Of a DNA stretch of 64,000 nt, positions 10,808 to 21,017 are shown piece after piece. The position numbers were made by a program, and so were the translations under genes. Numbering within the stretch: the stretch's first letter is position 1; each line of letters starts with the position of its first letter. Under the pieces are notes generated by a model. That model was not told the DNA's origin. It worked only from the letters and a program-made list of their open reading frames with translations, and did no database searches. Source of the stretch: an uncultured delta proteobacterium. Lineage in GTDB: Bacteria; Myxococcota; Myxococcia; Myxococcales; Anaeromyxobacteraceae. The stretch lies in contig CAWFDF010000003.1 in assembly GCA_963814585.1 (NCBI GenBank), positions 484,920 to 548,919 of the forward strand, in the 5' to 3' direction.

Positions 10808-11398
10808 GTGGAGAGCCGCTTCCCAGAGATCCAGGCGCGTCACACCCGCGCCGCGTTGGAGGCGCTCGGCGAGCTCTTCCCCGCCGCCGCACCGCAAGTA
10901 CGCGAGCGGCTCTCGCCGCTGGTGCGGCAGGCGCTCGACGCCGCCTTCCGCCTCGACTACCTGCCGGTGTTGGTCGATCTCGAGGTGACGGCGGCGATCC
11001 GCGACGAGGTGGGCCCGGAGGGCGTCCGGCGGGTGGCCCGTGAGGGGCTGCGGCGCACCCTCAACGGCGCCATCCTGGGCGGGCTGGTCCGCTCGGCGAT
11101 GGTGCTCTTCGGCCGGACGCCGGACGGCCTGGTCAAGTGGGCGGGGCGCGGCTACGGCATGATCTGCCGGGACTGCGGCGACCTGCGGGTCGAGTCGTCC
11201 GGGCCGCAGGACGCGGAGCTGCGCCTGGAGCGGCTCCCGCCGGAGCTGAACATGCCCTCCTACCTGGACGCCATGGCCGGGGCGATGGAGGCGTTCTTCG
11301 ACCTCTGCGAGGTCGCCGGCGAGGTCCGCTACGAACCCTGGCCCGGTGGGGCGCGCTTCATCATGAGCTGGACCCCGCGTCGCGCCGGACTAGACTGA
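10808..11398 (+). CDS. Conserved myxobacterial hypothetical protein (DUF2378/V4R-like fold possible)
   Basis: Coding-like codon usage; TATACT box 8 nt before GTG 10808; family assignment by general resemblance only. Confidence 0.55.
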   Translation: MESRFPEIQARHTRAALEALGELFPAAAPQVRERLSPLVRQALDAAFRLDYLPVLVDLEVTAAIRDEVGPEGVRRVAREGLRRTLNGAILGGLVRSAMVLFGRTPDGLVKWAGRGYGMICRDCGDLRVESSGPQDAELRLERLPPELNMPSYLDAMAGAMEAFFDLCEVAGEVRYEPWPGGARFIMSWTPRRAGLD

Positions 11399-11423
11399 CT
11401 CCAGGGGAGGGGGGGAAGGGACC

Positions 11424-12203
11424 ATGCGGTTGATCAACCGGCTGGTGCGCGAGGCGCGTCGCTCGGTCGCCGAGCTGGCGGACTCCACGCTCCTCAACCG
11501 CGTCTCGCGCCGCACCGACCTCGACGGCCACGCCCGCCCGGTCCTCCTGCTCCACGGCTTCTTCTCCACGCGGCGCACCCTGGACGTGCTCGAGGCGAGG
11601 CTGCGGCGCGACGGCTACGGCGTCTTCTCCCTCAACCTCGGCGGCCTGAGGCGCGTCTACAACACGCGCGGCATCGACGATCTCGCCGACTACGTGCGGG
11701 CCAAGGTGGAGCGGATCTACGCCCGCCACCCCAACCTGGGGCCGCTCACCATCATCGGGCACTCCAAGGGTGGCCTGGTGGCCACCTACTACGTGAAGAA
11801 GCTGGGCGGCTGGCGCCGCGCTCGCGCCGTGGTGATGCTGGGCACGCCCTTCCACGGCACCCCCGTGGCCTGGCTGGGCCTGCCGGCGGCGCTCCTGGCG
11901 CCGTCGCTGCTGCAGCTGTTGCCGGGCTCCAGCTTCCTGCGCCGCCTGCACGAGGGGCGATGGCCGCCGCAGGTGCGGCTCACCTCGATCTGGTCGCGCA
12001 GCGACAAGCTGGCCGTCTGGCCCTCGGCGGTGCTCGACACCCGCGACCAGCCGCGGTGGCGCAACATCGAGGTCAACTGCCTCCACTTCGAGTTCCTGAC
12101 GCGCCAGCGCGCCTACTCGGCGCTGCGGCGCGAGCTGCGCTCGCTCGACGGCCCGGCCCAGCGGCCACCGCTCGACGTCGTGGCCGGCGGTCGGACCGGC
12201 TAG
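11424..12203 (+). CDS. Alpha/beta hydrolase (esterase/lipase family)
   Basis: PVLLLHGF oxyanion motif, GHSKGG nucleophile elbow, LGTPFHGT. Confidence 0.88.
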   Translation: MRLINRLVREARRSVAELADSTLLNRVSRRTDLDGHARPVLLLHGFFSTRRTLDVLEARLRRDGYGVFSLNLGGLRRVYNTRGIDDLADYVRAKVERIYARHPNLGPLTIIGHSKGGLVATYYVKKLGGWRRARAVVMLGTPFHGTPVAWLGLPAALLAPSLLQLLPGSSFLRRLHEGRWPPQVRLTSIWSRSDKLAVWPSAVLDTRDQPRWRNIEVNCLHFEFLTRQRAYSALRRELRSLDGPAQRPPLDVVAGGRTG

Positions 12204-12212
12204 AGTCCTCCG

Positions 12213-12662
12213 GTGCGGGACAAGCGCCACGACTGGCTCTACGAGCGCCAGAAGAAGCCCGTCAAGCAGTACCTGCTCGAGCGCTTCGCCGACGAGCTGG
12301 CCGGCGAGGTGGCCGCCTGGCCGCCGTCCGACCTGGAGTGGGAGTCCGAGGCCCTGCGGCGACGCTGGCAGGCCGGGGCCGAGCGGCGCCCCGGCGAGCT
12401 GGTGATCCGCTACGCGCTGGCCGTGGCCCGCCTCGACCTGAGGCGCGAGTGGGAGGAGATCGACCGACGCCTGCAGGGCGAGGCCGACGCCTGGTGGCGG
12501 ACCCCCGAGGAGCGGAGCGCCGGCCAGCTGCTGGTGAGGCTCCTCACCGAGCGCTGCCTCTGGCTGAAGGAGCGGGCCAGCGGCGCGCGGCTCACCCGCG
12601 ACGACCTGTGCGCCGCGCTCGACCTGGTCGAGCGGAGGCTCTACCAGGTGACGCCGGGGTGA
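12213..12662 (+). CDS. Hypothetical protein
   Basis: 149 aa helical, coding-like ORF; TAGAGT-N6-GTG start context. Confidence 0.65.
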   Translation: MRDKRHDWLYERQKKPVKQYLLERFADELAGEVAAWPPSDLEWESEALRRRWQAGAERRPGELVIRYALAVARLDLRREWEEIDRRLQGEADAWWRTPEERSAGQLLVRLLTERCLWLKERASGARLTRDDLCAALDLVERRLYQVTPG

Positions 12663-12844
12663 CGAGGCCCGAGCCGCCGAGCGCCGGGCGCCGCAGGCCC
12701 GGACGCGAGCTTCGCAGCCCCTGCACGCCCGCCTGAGCGGAATCGCCGCTGGCGAGAAGGCGCGCCGAAGGCGCGACGAGCGCTCCGGCCGGCGGCGTCC
12801 CGGCGCGTGGCGGCGCCCCGGCGAGGTGACTGGCCTCGCGGCTT

Positions 12845-12876
12845 GCGTCGGCGCCACCAGGAGCCGGCGCCGACGC
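12845..12876. terminator. GC-rich hairpin between convergent genes
   Basis: GCGTCGGCGCC-N10-GGCGCCGACGC perfect 11-bp stem just after the permease stop; no clear U-tract. Confidence 0.3.
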
Positions 12877-12878
12877 GA

Positions 12879-13667
12879 TCAACTCGACGCCGAGGTGTAC
12901 CGGCGGATGGCGCGCGTCCAGACCAGCCGCGCCGCCACGGCGAAGAGGAGCGAGCCGCCCAGCGCCTGGCCGGCCACCGGCGCGCCCAGCTTGCCGAGCA
13001 GCGCCAGGGCCGGGTAGCTGGTGAGCAGCGCCAGCGGGACCACGAAGGTGAAGAGGAACCGCAGGAAGCCGCGGAAGACGTCGACCGGCCAGCGCGCGGC
13101 GTCGTAGATGGAGGAGAAGAGGTAGGAGAGGTTGTCGATCTTGACCAGGTAGAAGGCGGCCGAGATCACCAGGATCCAGAGCGAGTAGAGCACCAGCGTG
13201 GCGCAGGCCAGCAGCGCCAGCGCCGCCGCCACCGCGCCCGGCGCCGGCCAGCGCCCCATCCGGTGGAAGGCCGTGGCGAAGATGGCCAGCCCGGCGAGCA
13301 CGTCGACGATCCGCCACGGCAGGAAGCGCGCCGTGCTGACCAGGAACTGGGCGTCGGCGGGCTTGAGCAGCACGAAGTCGAGCGTCCCCTTGCGGATGTG
13401 CTCGACCACGCTGGCCAGCGAGGGGTTCACGGCCCCCTCCAGCACCCCCTTCATCAGCGTGAACCAGCCCATCACCACCAGCGCCTCCTCGAAGCTCCAG
13501 CCGGCCACGCCCGGCCGGTCGCCGAAGACCACCAGCAGCGGCACCAGGGACGAGCCGGTCCAGAGCAGCGCCAGCGCCCCCTGCAGCGCGAACTCCAGCC
13601 GGTACTGGAGCGCCAGCATGGTGGAGGCGCGGAGCTGCACGGCCAGCAGGCGGAGGTAGCGCGCCAC
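12879..13667 (-). CDS. ABC-2 type permease (DUF990 family)
   Basis: GTG 13667, VARYLRLL...; IRKGTLDFVLLKPAD signature; about six TM segments. Confidence 0.88.
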   Translation of the reverse strand: MARYLRLLAVQLRASTMLALQYRLEFALQGALALLWTGSSLVPLLVVFGDRPGVAGWSFEEALVVMGWFTLMKGVLEGAVNPSLASVVEHIRKGTLDFVLLKPADAQFLVSTARFLPWRIVDVLAGLAIFATAFHRMGRWPAPGAVAAALALLACATLVLYSLWILVISAAFYLVKIDNLSYLFSSIYDAARWPVDVFRGFLRFLFTFVVPLALLTSYPALALLGKLGAPVAGQALGGSLLFAVAARLVWTRAIRRYTSASS

Positions 13668-13669
13668 GG

Positions 13670-14479
13670 TCAGCCTCCGAAGGCGGCGAAGCGGCGCAGG
13701 CCGGAGCGCCACGCGGCGCGCGCCACCAGCAGGAGCCCGGCGATCCAGCCCCACTGGATGGCCAGCTCGGCCAGCGCCTCCTGGCGCGTCAGCATCCCGG
13801 TCACCAGCTCCACCGGGTAGCCGAGCATGGAGCGGAAGGGGAGCCAGCGAGCCATCAGCGAGACCCACGGCGGGAAGAGCTCGAGCGGCACCAGGTAGCC
13901 GGAGAGCAGCATGTAGAGCGCCATCCAGATCTCGAAGAGGCTGGTGGCCGAGTCGGCCCGGAAGGCCAGCGTGCCGACCACCGCCATGGCCAGGAAGGTG
14001 ATGAGCCAGGCCCCCAGCACCGCCACCGGGAAGAGGAGCAGCCGCAGCGGATCGTGGGTGACCTTCTCCCCGGCGGTGAGCCAGAGCCCCACCAGCGCCA
14101 CCGGCAGCGAGAGGGCCAGGCGCAGCGGCATGGCCGAGATGTTCTCGGCGGCGTAGGCCACCAGCGGATGGAGGGGCCGCAGGAGCCGGTAGGCCAGCGT
14201 CCCCTGGCGGATCTCGAAGGTCAGCTCCCAGACCACCCAGGCGCCGGTGAGCAGCCGCACCACCAGCGCCGCCAGGTAGTAGGCGACGAAGTCCTGCTGC
14301 CCGAAGCGCCCCACCGGCGCCTCGCGCGCCACCGCGCTCCAGAGCGCCAGCATCACCAGCGGCATGTTGGTGGCCAGCAGCCAGACCAGCAGCTCGGCCC
14401 GGTAGGCCACCGCCTCGGCCAGGCCGATGCGGAGCAGCGTCGGGAAGGCGCGCAGCGTCCGGCCCGCCCGCAGCATCAT
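13670..14479 (-). CDS. ABC-2 type permease (DUF990 family)
   Basis: GGGAGG RBS; AYRAE, EIRQGTLAYRLLRP, LSGYLVPLELFP motifs. Confidence 0.88.
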   Translation of the reverse strand: MMLRAGRTLRAFPTLLRIGLAEAVAYRAELLVWLLATNMPLVMLALWSAVAREAPVGRFGQQDFVAYYLAALVVRLLTGAWVVWELTFEIRQGTLAYRLLRPLHPLVAYAAENISAMPLRLALSLPVALVGLWLTAGEKVTHDPLRLLLFPVAVLGAWLITFLAMAVVGTLAFRADSATSLFEIWMALYMLLSGYLVPLELFPPWVSLMARWLPFRSMLGYPVELVTGMLTRQEALAELAIQWGWIAGLLLVARAAWRSGLRRFAAFGG

Positions 14480-14544
14480 CGCCTCCCGCCGGCCAGGCCG
14501 GCGATCGTCCCGCGCGTGCCGAGCCGGAGTCCCACGCGCCGACT

Positions 14545-16500
14545 CTATCCCCGCTCCAGCCAGGCCCGGTAGGCGTCGAAGCGGGTGGGGCGGCCCAGGA
14601 AGGCCTCGACCAGCGCGGCGGCGGGCCTGGAGCCCCCGGGCTCCAGCACCGTGGCCCGGTAGCGCCGCGCCGTGGCCCCGTCCAGCAGCCCGGCCTCGCG
14701 GAACGGCGTGAGCAGGTCCTTGGCGATGACCAGCGACCACATGTACGTGTAGTAGATGGCCGAGTAGCCCTCGAGGTGGCCGAAGGCGAGGTGGAAGGCG
14801 GTCCCGGCCACGGGCCGGAAGGGCGTGTAGCGGGCCATGAGCTGGTCGCAGAGGGCGCCGGCGTCGAGCCCGCGCGGATCCCGCCGGTGCAGCTCGAGGC
14901 TGACCGCCGCGTAGAACATCTGCTGCGCGCACCATCAGCCCCTTGCCGTACTCGTCGGCGGCGCGCATGCGCGCCACCAGCGCGTCGGGGATGGGCTCGC
15001 CGGTCTCGACGTGGCGGGCGAAGCGGCCCAGCACGCCGGCGTCCCAGGTCCACTCCTCCAGCAGCTGGCTGGGCGCCTCGACGAAGTCCCACTCGGTGGC
15101 GACGCCGGAGTGGGCCGCGTAGCGGGTGCGGCCGCCGAGCAGGTGGTGGAGCAGGTGGCCGAACTCGTGGAAGAGGGTCTCCACCTCGCCGTGCTCCAGC
15201 AGCGCCGGCGCGCCCGGCCTCGGCTCGGGGAAGTTGCAGACCAGCACCCCCTCCGGCCGCCGCACGCCCGCGCGGCCGGTGGCCAGCGTGAACTGGGCGA
15301 CGTGCTTGTACTTGCCCTCGCGTGGGTGCATGTCGAGGTGGATGCGGCCCAGCACCTCGTCGGCGTCGAGCACGTCGTAGCTCTCCACCGACGGGTGCCA
15401 CGCCGGCGTCCCCTCGACGCGCCGCCAGGACAGGCCGAAGAGCGCCCCGGTCACGTCGAGCACGCCGTCGACCACCCGCCGGTACTCGAACTACGGCCGC
15501 ACCGACTGGGCCTCGAAGCCGTGCTGCTCGGCCTTGATGCGCTCCTGCAGGAAGGCCGAGTCCCACGGCTCGACCCGCTCGGCGGCCGGCGCCTCCCGCC
15601 GCTTGCGCTCGAGCAGCTGGGCGTACTCCTGCTCCATGCGCGCGCCGGAGAGCGCCGCGATCTCCTCGATGAACCCGGCCGCCGCCGTGTCGCTGCCGAT
15701 CATCTTGTCGGCGGTGGCGAAGGCGGCCCAGCTCTCCTAGCCGAGCAGGCGGGCCAGCTCGGCGCGCCTCGCCAGCAGGGCCGCCAGCACCTCGACGTTG
15801 GCCGGGAGGGCGCGCTGGCGGGAGAGCTTCCAGAGGGCGGCCCGGGCCTCCTCGCTCCGGGCGTAGGTCATGACCGGGAGGTAGTCGGTGGGGTCGGTGG
15901 TCACCTCGACCAGGCCGTCGGCGCCGGGCGGGTGGGCGAGGCGCCAGTCCGCCGGCAGCCCGTCGAGCGCCTCCGGCGCGAGCCGGAGGCGCGCCGGTCG
16001 TCCTTGATGTTCCGGCCGAAGGCCTGCCCGATCCGGACCAGCTCCTCCTGGAGGGCCTGGATGGTGGCGCGGGTGGCCTCGTCGCGGTCCACGCCGGCCC
16101 GGCGGAAGTCGCGCAGGCTCTTCTCGAGGAGGTGGCGGCTCTCCTCGTCGGCGCCCGCCCCGTCGAGCGAGGCCAGCACCTCGTAGAGCGCCCGGTCCAG
16201 CGAGAGCTCGGTCACCAGGGCGGCCACCTCCTGCTCGGCCTGCTCGGCCGCCTGCCGCACCGCCTCGTCGGGGTGGACCGAGCGGGCCAGGGAGGCACGC
16301 GCACCGGCCTCGGCCAGCGGGGAGAAGGCGGCGTCGAAGGCGGCCAGCGTCGGCTCGAGCGGCCGGGGTCCGGGGCCCGGGGCGCGGAGAGCGGCGACGG
16401 CGGCGCGGGACCGCTCGACGTCGGCCCGGCAGCAGGCCAGCAGGGCCTCGGCGCCGAGGGTGAGGGCGCGGGCGGCGTCGGGGGGCGGGAGCGAGGGCAT
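14545..16500 (-). CDS. M3 family zinc metallopeptidase (thimet oligopeptidase-like), broken by about 4 indels/stop (~15990, ~15740, ~15490, ~14925)
   Basis: Consecutive fragments in different frames: LDMHPREGKYKH, TLFHEFGHLLH (HExxH), DFVEAPSQLLEEW, FGHLEGYSAIYYTYMWS, FLGR. Confidence 0.85.
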
Positions 16501-16733
16501 CCCGGTGTTCTGACCGTGGTTCCCCCGAGGGTCAAGCCTGGCGCGCCCGCGCCGGCGCCGGCGGGCCTGGCCAGGAGCAGCCCGGCCCACGGCGCCGGGT
16601 CCCGTGGGCCGGGTGGCCGGGCTCGCGCCCGAGGGTCCTCACGGCCCGGGGCGTGGTGGCCACATGCACCGACGGCCCTTCACCGACGCCGTGACACCGG
16701 CGAGCCCGGTCGCCGTCCGGGCCGGCCGATGGA

Positions 16734-18832
16734 TCAGGGGTGACAGCCCAGGCAGGAGCTGACGAAGGTAGGCGTCACGTCGACGACTCCGTTCACATGG
16801 CGCGACGGGTCGGTGATGACCGTGGCCCACAGGTCGACCCCGGGGTGGCAGGTGCTGCAGGCGTTCCGGAGCGGCCTGGTGGAGAAGCCGCCGTGGTAGC
16901 CGCTGTGCCAGTTGCCCCAGAGCGGGGGCATGCCATGACACGACGTGCAGGTCATGGGCCCGTCGGTCCAGCGTGGCGCCGCCCCGCTGCCGGCGTACTC
17001 CACCCAGCCTGGCAGCTCCTCGACGGGGTCGAAGTAGGCATAGGTCCCGGAGTAGCCGCCGTGGCAGTAGGTGGTGGCGCACGTGGCGGTGCCGCGGTCC
17101 CAGGTCGGAGTGGCCCCGCTCGTCGCGGAGATGCCGCCGAAGGTGACCGTGGCGTGGGCCCCGTCGACGTGCCCCGCCGAGAGCCAGCTGGTCGGCTTCA
17201 CGTGGCAGGCCGTGCAGTCGATGGGCCTCGCCCGGGCGCTCCCGTTGACGTGGATGGCGTGGGCGCCGACCCGCACCGGATCGGCCTGGTTGCCCCAGGT
17301 GGCCCGCGGCGGCGCCCCGGTCTGGTCGGCCGTGCCGCCGTGGCAGCCGGTGCAGGTGGCGAGGTCGCTGGCCGGGCCGCCGGCCTGGTGGCACGAGGCG
17401 CAGGCGGTGGAGGCGCTCCCTCCACGCCGTCGAGGTTGACGCCGTGGCAGCCCTGGCAGGAGGCGAGGCCGAGGTTGGCCGAGGAGGCGTGGAAGGCCGG
17501 GCTGGTCGGATCCATCCAGGACGCGGCGTGACCGCCGCTGGCCTCCACGACGCCGTCGAGGTGCTTGCCGCCGGCGCCGGGCGCGATGAGGGCGCCGGCC
17601 GAGGTCATCGTGAGCGGGTGGCAGGAGGCACAGGCCGCCAGGTCGGCCGCCGCCGGGTGGGGCGCCGGGGGCGGGACGCCGTGGCAGGACCCGCAGGCCG
17701 CCTGGGCGGCCCCGCCGGTCCACGTCGGGCTGGTGGTGGTGCCGCCGGCAGCCAGGGTCGCGCCGTGGCAGTAGACGTTGCTGCACCGGGCATCGGTCCG
17801 GCTCCAGGCCGGGCTGGCGCCGCCGGCCGCGGCCGCGCCGCTGAAGGTCACCTCCGCCGTGGGCGTCCCGGTGCTCGCCTCGACGTGGGCGGCCGAGAGC
17901 GCGTCGGTGGGGACGACGTGGCAGGTGCCGCAGGAGATGGCCGGCGAGATGGCGCTGGCCCCGAGGTGCGTGGCGTGGGCGCCGACCCTCACCGGGTCGG
18001 CCGGGCCGCCGCCGCGGGTCGGGTCGCCCGCCTGGCCCCAGAGGGCGGCGGGAGGCGCGCCGGTCTGGCTGTCCGTGCCCCCGTGGCACATGACGCAGCT
18101 GGTCTTCCAGCTGGTGACGCCGGCGGGCAGGGAGGCGTCGTGGCACCGGCCGCAGGCGACGCCGGTGGCGCCGCCAGCCAGGTCCTGGCCGTGGCACTGC
18201 TGGCAGCTGGCGAGGCCGCGGTTGGCCGAGAAGGCGTGGAAGCCGGCGCTGGCCTGGTCCACCCAGCCGGGCGGGTGGCCGACCAGGCTGACCGTTCCCT
18301 GCAGGTGGCTGCCGCCGGCATGGCAGGCTTCACACTCGGCGCGAGTGGTCGTGGACGTGAAGGTGCCGGGGTGCGTCGGCGGGAAGGCCGTTGGCGCGTG
18401 GCAGGCGGTGCAGGCGAGAGGTCCCGGCGCGGCCCAGGAGACGGCCTGGACCGGGCTGCCGAGGGGGCTGTGGCAGCCCACCGCGCAGGTGGTCGGCGTG
18501 GTGGCCGTGCCCCGCGTCAGCGTCCCGCCCTCGGTCGTCGTCCCGCCCGGGAAGGTGGTCACCACGTCGAAGCCGAACTGGCCCCCGCAGGGGTGGCAGG
18601 TGATGCAGGTGAACTGGTTGATGTGCTTCTCGTGCGTGGTCGCGCCGCCGCAGGTCGGGCCCGCCGCCATGGCGGCCTGGGGGCCGACGCTGCGCGGAGC
18701 GACGCTGGCGATGCCGGCCGGCCTGGCCGGCTCGCTGGGGGGAGCGCCGCAGGCTGCGAGGAGGAGCGCGCCCAGGGCGGCGCCGAGGCGCGCGGCGGCG
18801 AGGCGGGCAACTGAGCTGGTGTGCGAACCCAT
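16734..18832 (-). CDS. Multiheme c-type cytochrome lipoprotein (CxxCH/CxxxxCH family), apparent frameshift at ~17420
   Basis: ATG 18832 with GGAGA RBS, lipobox LLAAC. Hand count across the two frames: 16 CxxCH, 2 CxxxxCH, 1 CxxxCH. Confidence 0.88.
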
Positions 18833-18885
18833 GACCGGTGTCTCCCGTGTGCGAGGCTGCTGGCTCGGTGCGCAGTTCATGGCCG

Positions 18886-20667
18886 CTACCACCTCTCGGA
18901 GGAGTGGCAGCTGTTGGCGCAGCTGCGCGCGGTGGGATTCCACCCCACCGCGGTGGTGGTCAGGACGTTCTTCAGGCCGTCCACGTGGGTGGCCCGCGCC
19001 ACCGTGCCGGTGGTGGTCCCGGTCCGGGCGTAGCCGGCGCCGTGACAGTACGAGCAGGCGATCTTCTCGCTCTGGTGCTTGGAGTGCCGGCCGGTGCCCG
19101 GCGGGTTGCCGTGGCAGCTGGCGCAGGTGGCGGTGGTGGTCCCGGTCCAGGCCTTGGTCCTGGCCGTCCCCGTCACGCCGCCGGTGAAGGTCCCGTGGCA
19201 GTACGTGGAGGCGCAGGTCGCCGAGGTGGCGCTGGCCCGCGTGTAGGTCGCGGCCGCCCCGCCGGTCCTGGCGAGCGGCCCGAAGGCCACCTCGGCCAGG
19301 CCGTTGCCGTCGACGTGCGCCGCGTCGGTGATGACGCTGCCGGACCGGGCCGGGTGGCAGGCGTCGCAGCCCATGGGGCTCATCATGGCGGTGGCCGCGT
19401 GGAGGGCGTGACGGCCCACGCTGGTGTTGGTGGCGACGCTGCGTCCCTGGATGTCCACCGGCGGCGACGCCACGCCGCTGCTCCTCGTGCCGTGGCAGAA
19501 GGTGCAGTTGGAGTCCCAGCCCGTGATGCCGCTGGCAGCGTGGCAGGTGGCGCAGGAGATGCCCGAGGAGCCGCCCGCCAGGTCGGCGCCGTGGCAGCTC
19601 CTGCACCCGGTCAGGCCCGTCAGGTTCACGCCGTAGCCGTGCTGCGCCTTGTCGGCCCAGCCGGCCGGGTGGCCGCTCGTGACCTCGACCGTGCCGTTCA
19701 GGTGGATCGCCATGTTGACGGTGCTGGCCGTGTAGCCGGTGTGGCAGGTGCCGCAGGCGGTGCTGGTGGAGTGCGGCGCCGAAGGCGGCGAGAGGTGACA
19801 GCTGCTGCAGTCGAGCGGCTGGGTCTGGGTCCAGCCCGGCAGGATGCCGGTGCCGCGCGAGGTCGCCGCCAGCTTGGCGCCGTGGCAGTAGGTGTTGGAG
19901 CAGGTGGCGTCCGTCCCGTTCCAGGCCGGCGCCGTGCCGCCGCCCTGGGTGGCGAGGCCGCCGAAGGTCACCGTGGCGGTGGGACCGTCGATGTGGCCGG
20001 CGGAGAGCGCGCTGGCCGGGACCAGGTGGCAGGCGTCGCAGGCGACGGGGGCCGCGAGGCCGTGCGACGCGGCGAGGTGGGAGGTGTGCTTGCCGACCCG
20101 GACCGCGTCGGCGGTGTTGCCCCAGGTGGCCCTGGGCGGCGCCCCGGTCTGGCTGTCGGTTCCGCCATGGCACATCACGCAGCTGGTCTTCCAGGACGCC
20201 CCGTGGCACTGGGCGCAGGCGGTCGTGGCCGAGCCACCCACGCCATCGAGGTTCGCGCCGTGACAGCCCTGGCAGGCGGCGATGCCGGCGTTGGCGGAGA
20301 GGGCGTGGAAGCTCGGGCTGGCCGGGTCGGACCAGCCCAGGACGTGGCCGCTGGTCGCCTTGGACCCGCAGGGGTGGCAGGACTCGCAGCTCTGGCCGCC
20401 GGCCACGTACCCGGCGTGGCCGCCCGCGGGAACGCAGGCCTGGCCGGTGACCGCCGTGGCGGCGAGCGGGCCGGACCGGACCGGGGGCGCGGCCGCGGCC
20501 TGGATGGTGGGCGAGGCCGTCTCCTCCCCGGGCCTGGCGCAGGCCGAGGTGAGGACCAGGGCGGCGATGCCAGAGATGACGAGCGCGAGTCCGTGGCCTC
20601 GCCCTGGCGAGCAGGACGACGTCCCGGATTCCCTACCAACCTGAACACCTTGGAGCATCTCGTTCAC
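18886..20667 (-). CDS. Multiheme c-type cytochrome lipoprotein (CxxCH/CxxxxCH family)
   Basis: Lipobox-like LTSAC. Hand count: 13 CxxCH, 2 CxxxxCH, 1 CxxxCH. Confidence 0.92.
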   Translation of the reverse strand: MNEMLQGVQVGRESGTSSCSPGRGHGLALVISGIAALVLTSACARPGEETASPTIQAAAAPPVRSGPLAATAVTGQACVPAGGHAGYVAGGQSCESCHPCGSKATSGHVLGWSDPASPSFHALSANAGIAACQGCHGANLDGVGGSATTACAQCHGASWKTSCVMCHGGTDSQTGAPPRATWGNTADAVRVGKHTSHLAASHGLAAPVACDACHLVPASALSAGHIDGPTATVTFGGLATQGGGTAPAWNGTDATCSNTYCHGAKLAATSRGTGILPGWTQTQPLDCSSCHLSPPSAPHSTSTACGTCHTGYTASTVNMAIHLNGTVEVTSGHPAGWADKAQHGYGVNLTGLTGCRSCHGADLAGGSSGISCATCHAASGITGWDSNCTFCHGTRSSGVASPPVDIQGRSVATNTSVGRHALHAATAMMSPMGCDACHPARSGSVITDAAHVDGNGLAEVAFGPLARTGGAAATYTRASATSATCASTYCHGTFTGGVTGTARTKAWTGTTTATCASCHGNPPGTGRHSKHQSEKIACSYCHGAGYARTGTTTGTVARATHVDGLKNVLTTTAVGWNPTARSCANSCHSSERW

Positions 20668-20754
20668 GATGGCGCCTTCCCGAGGCAGCTTCGGCGGGCT
20701 CGCCGAGGCCTCTCCGTCCTGCAGAGCTCCGATGACCTGGAAAAGTGGGGATGC

Positions 20755-20796
20755 ATCCTATCGGGCTCTGGCCGTCCTGCCCTTGACTGGAGTCAA
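20755..20796 (-). promoter_or_regulatory. FNR/CRP-family box TTGAC-N4-GTCAA with a -10 element TAGGAT (class II geometry)
   Basis: Perfect palindrome 20783-20796. TAGGAT on the minus strand at 20760-20755 puts +1 near 20748 and the box centre at -41.5. Confidence 0.7.
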
Positions 20797-21017
20797 CGCT
20801 GAGTCGGTGCGGCAATAAGCCGCGCTCCGGCAGGTGCGCCGGCGCCAGGGTCCCGCGAGGAGGCGCCGGGAGGAGCCCACCGGCCGCGCACGCGCAGGGG
20901 TTCCGTCGCCGAGGCCCGGCCCTCCGGGCCGACCGATCCTGGGGCCACGCGCGGGTTCCAGCCTGGCGATTCGAGCGCCGGTTCGCTCCACCAGCGATCC
21001 TCGGTAGCATGCGGCCC

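Noticed and set aside
13670..15475. Apparent M3 peptidase-ABC permease fusion ORF
   Set aside because: Artefact of the indel at ~14925. The peptidase ends at 14545 in another frame, and the permease has its own RBS and ATG at 14479.
20668..21008. Cyclic dinucleotide (GEMM) riboswitch upstream of the cytochromes
   Set aside because: Looked for by analogy to Geobacter, but the GGCAAAC...GAAA...GACGCAAAGC pattern is not present.
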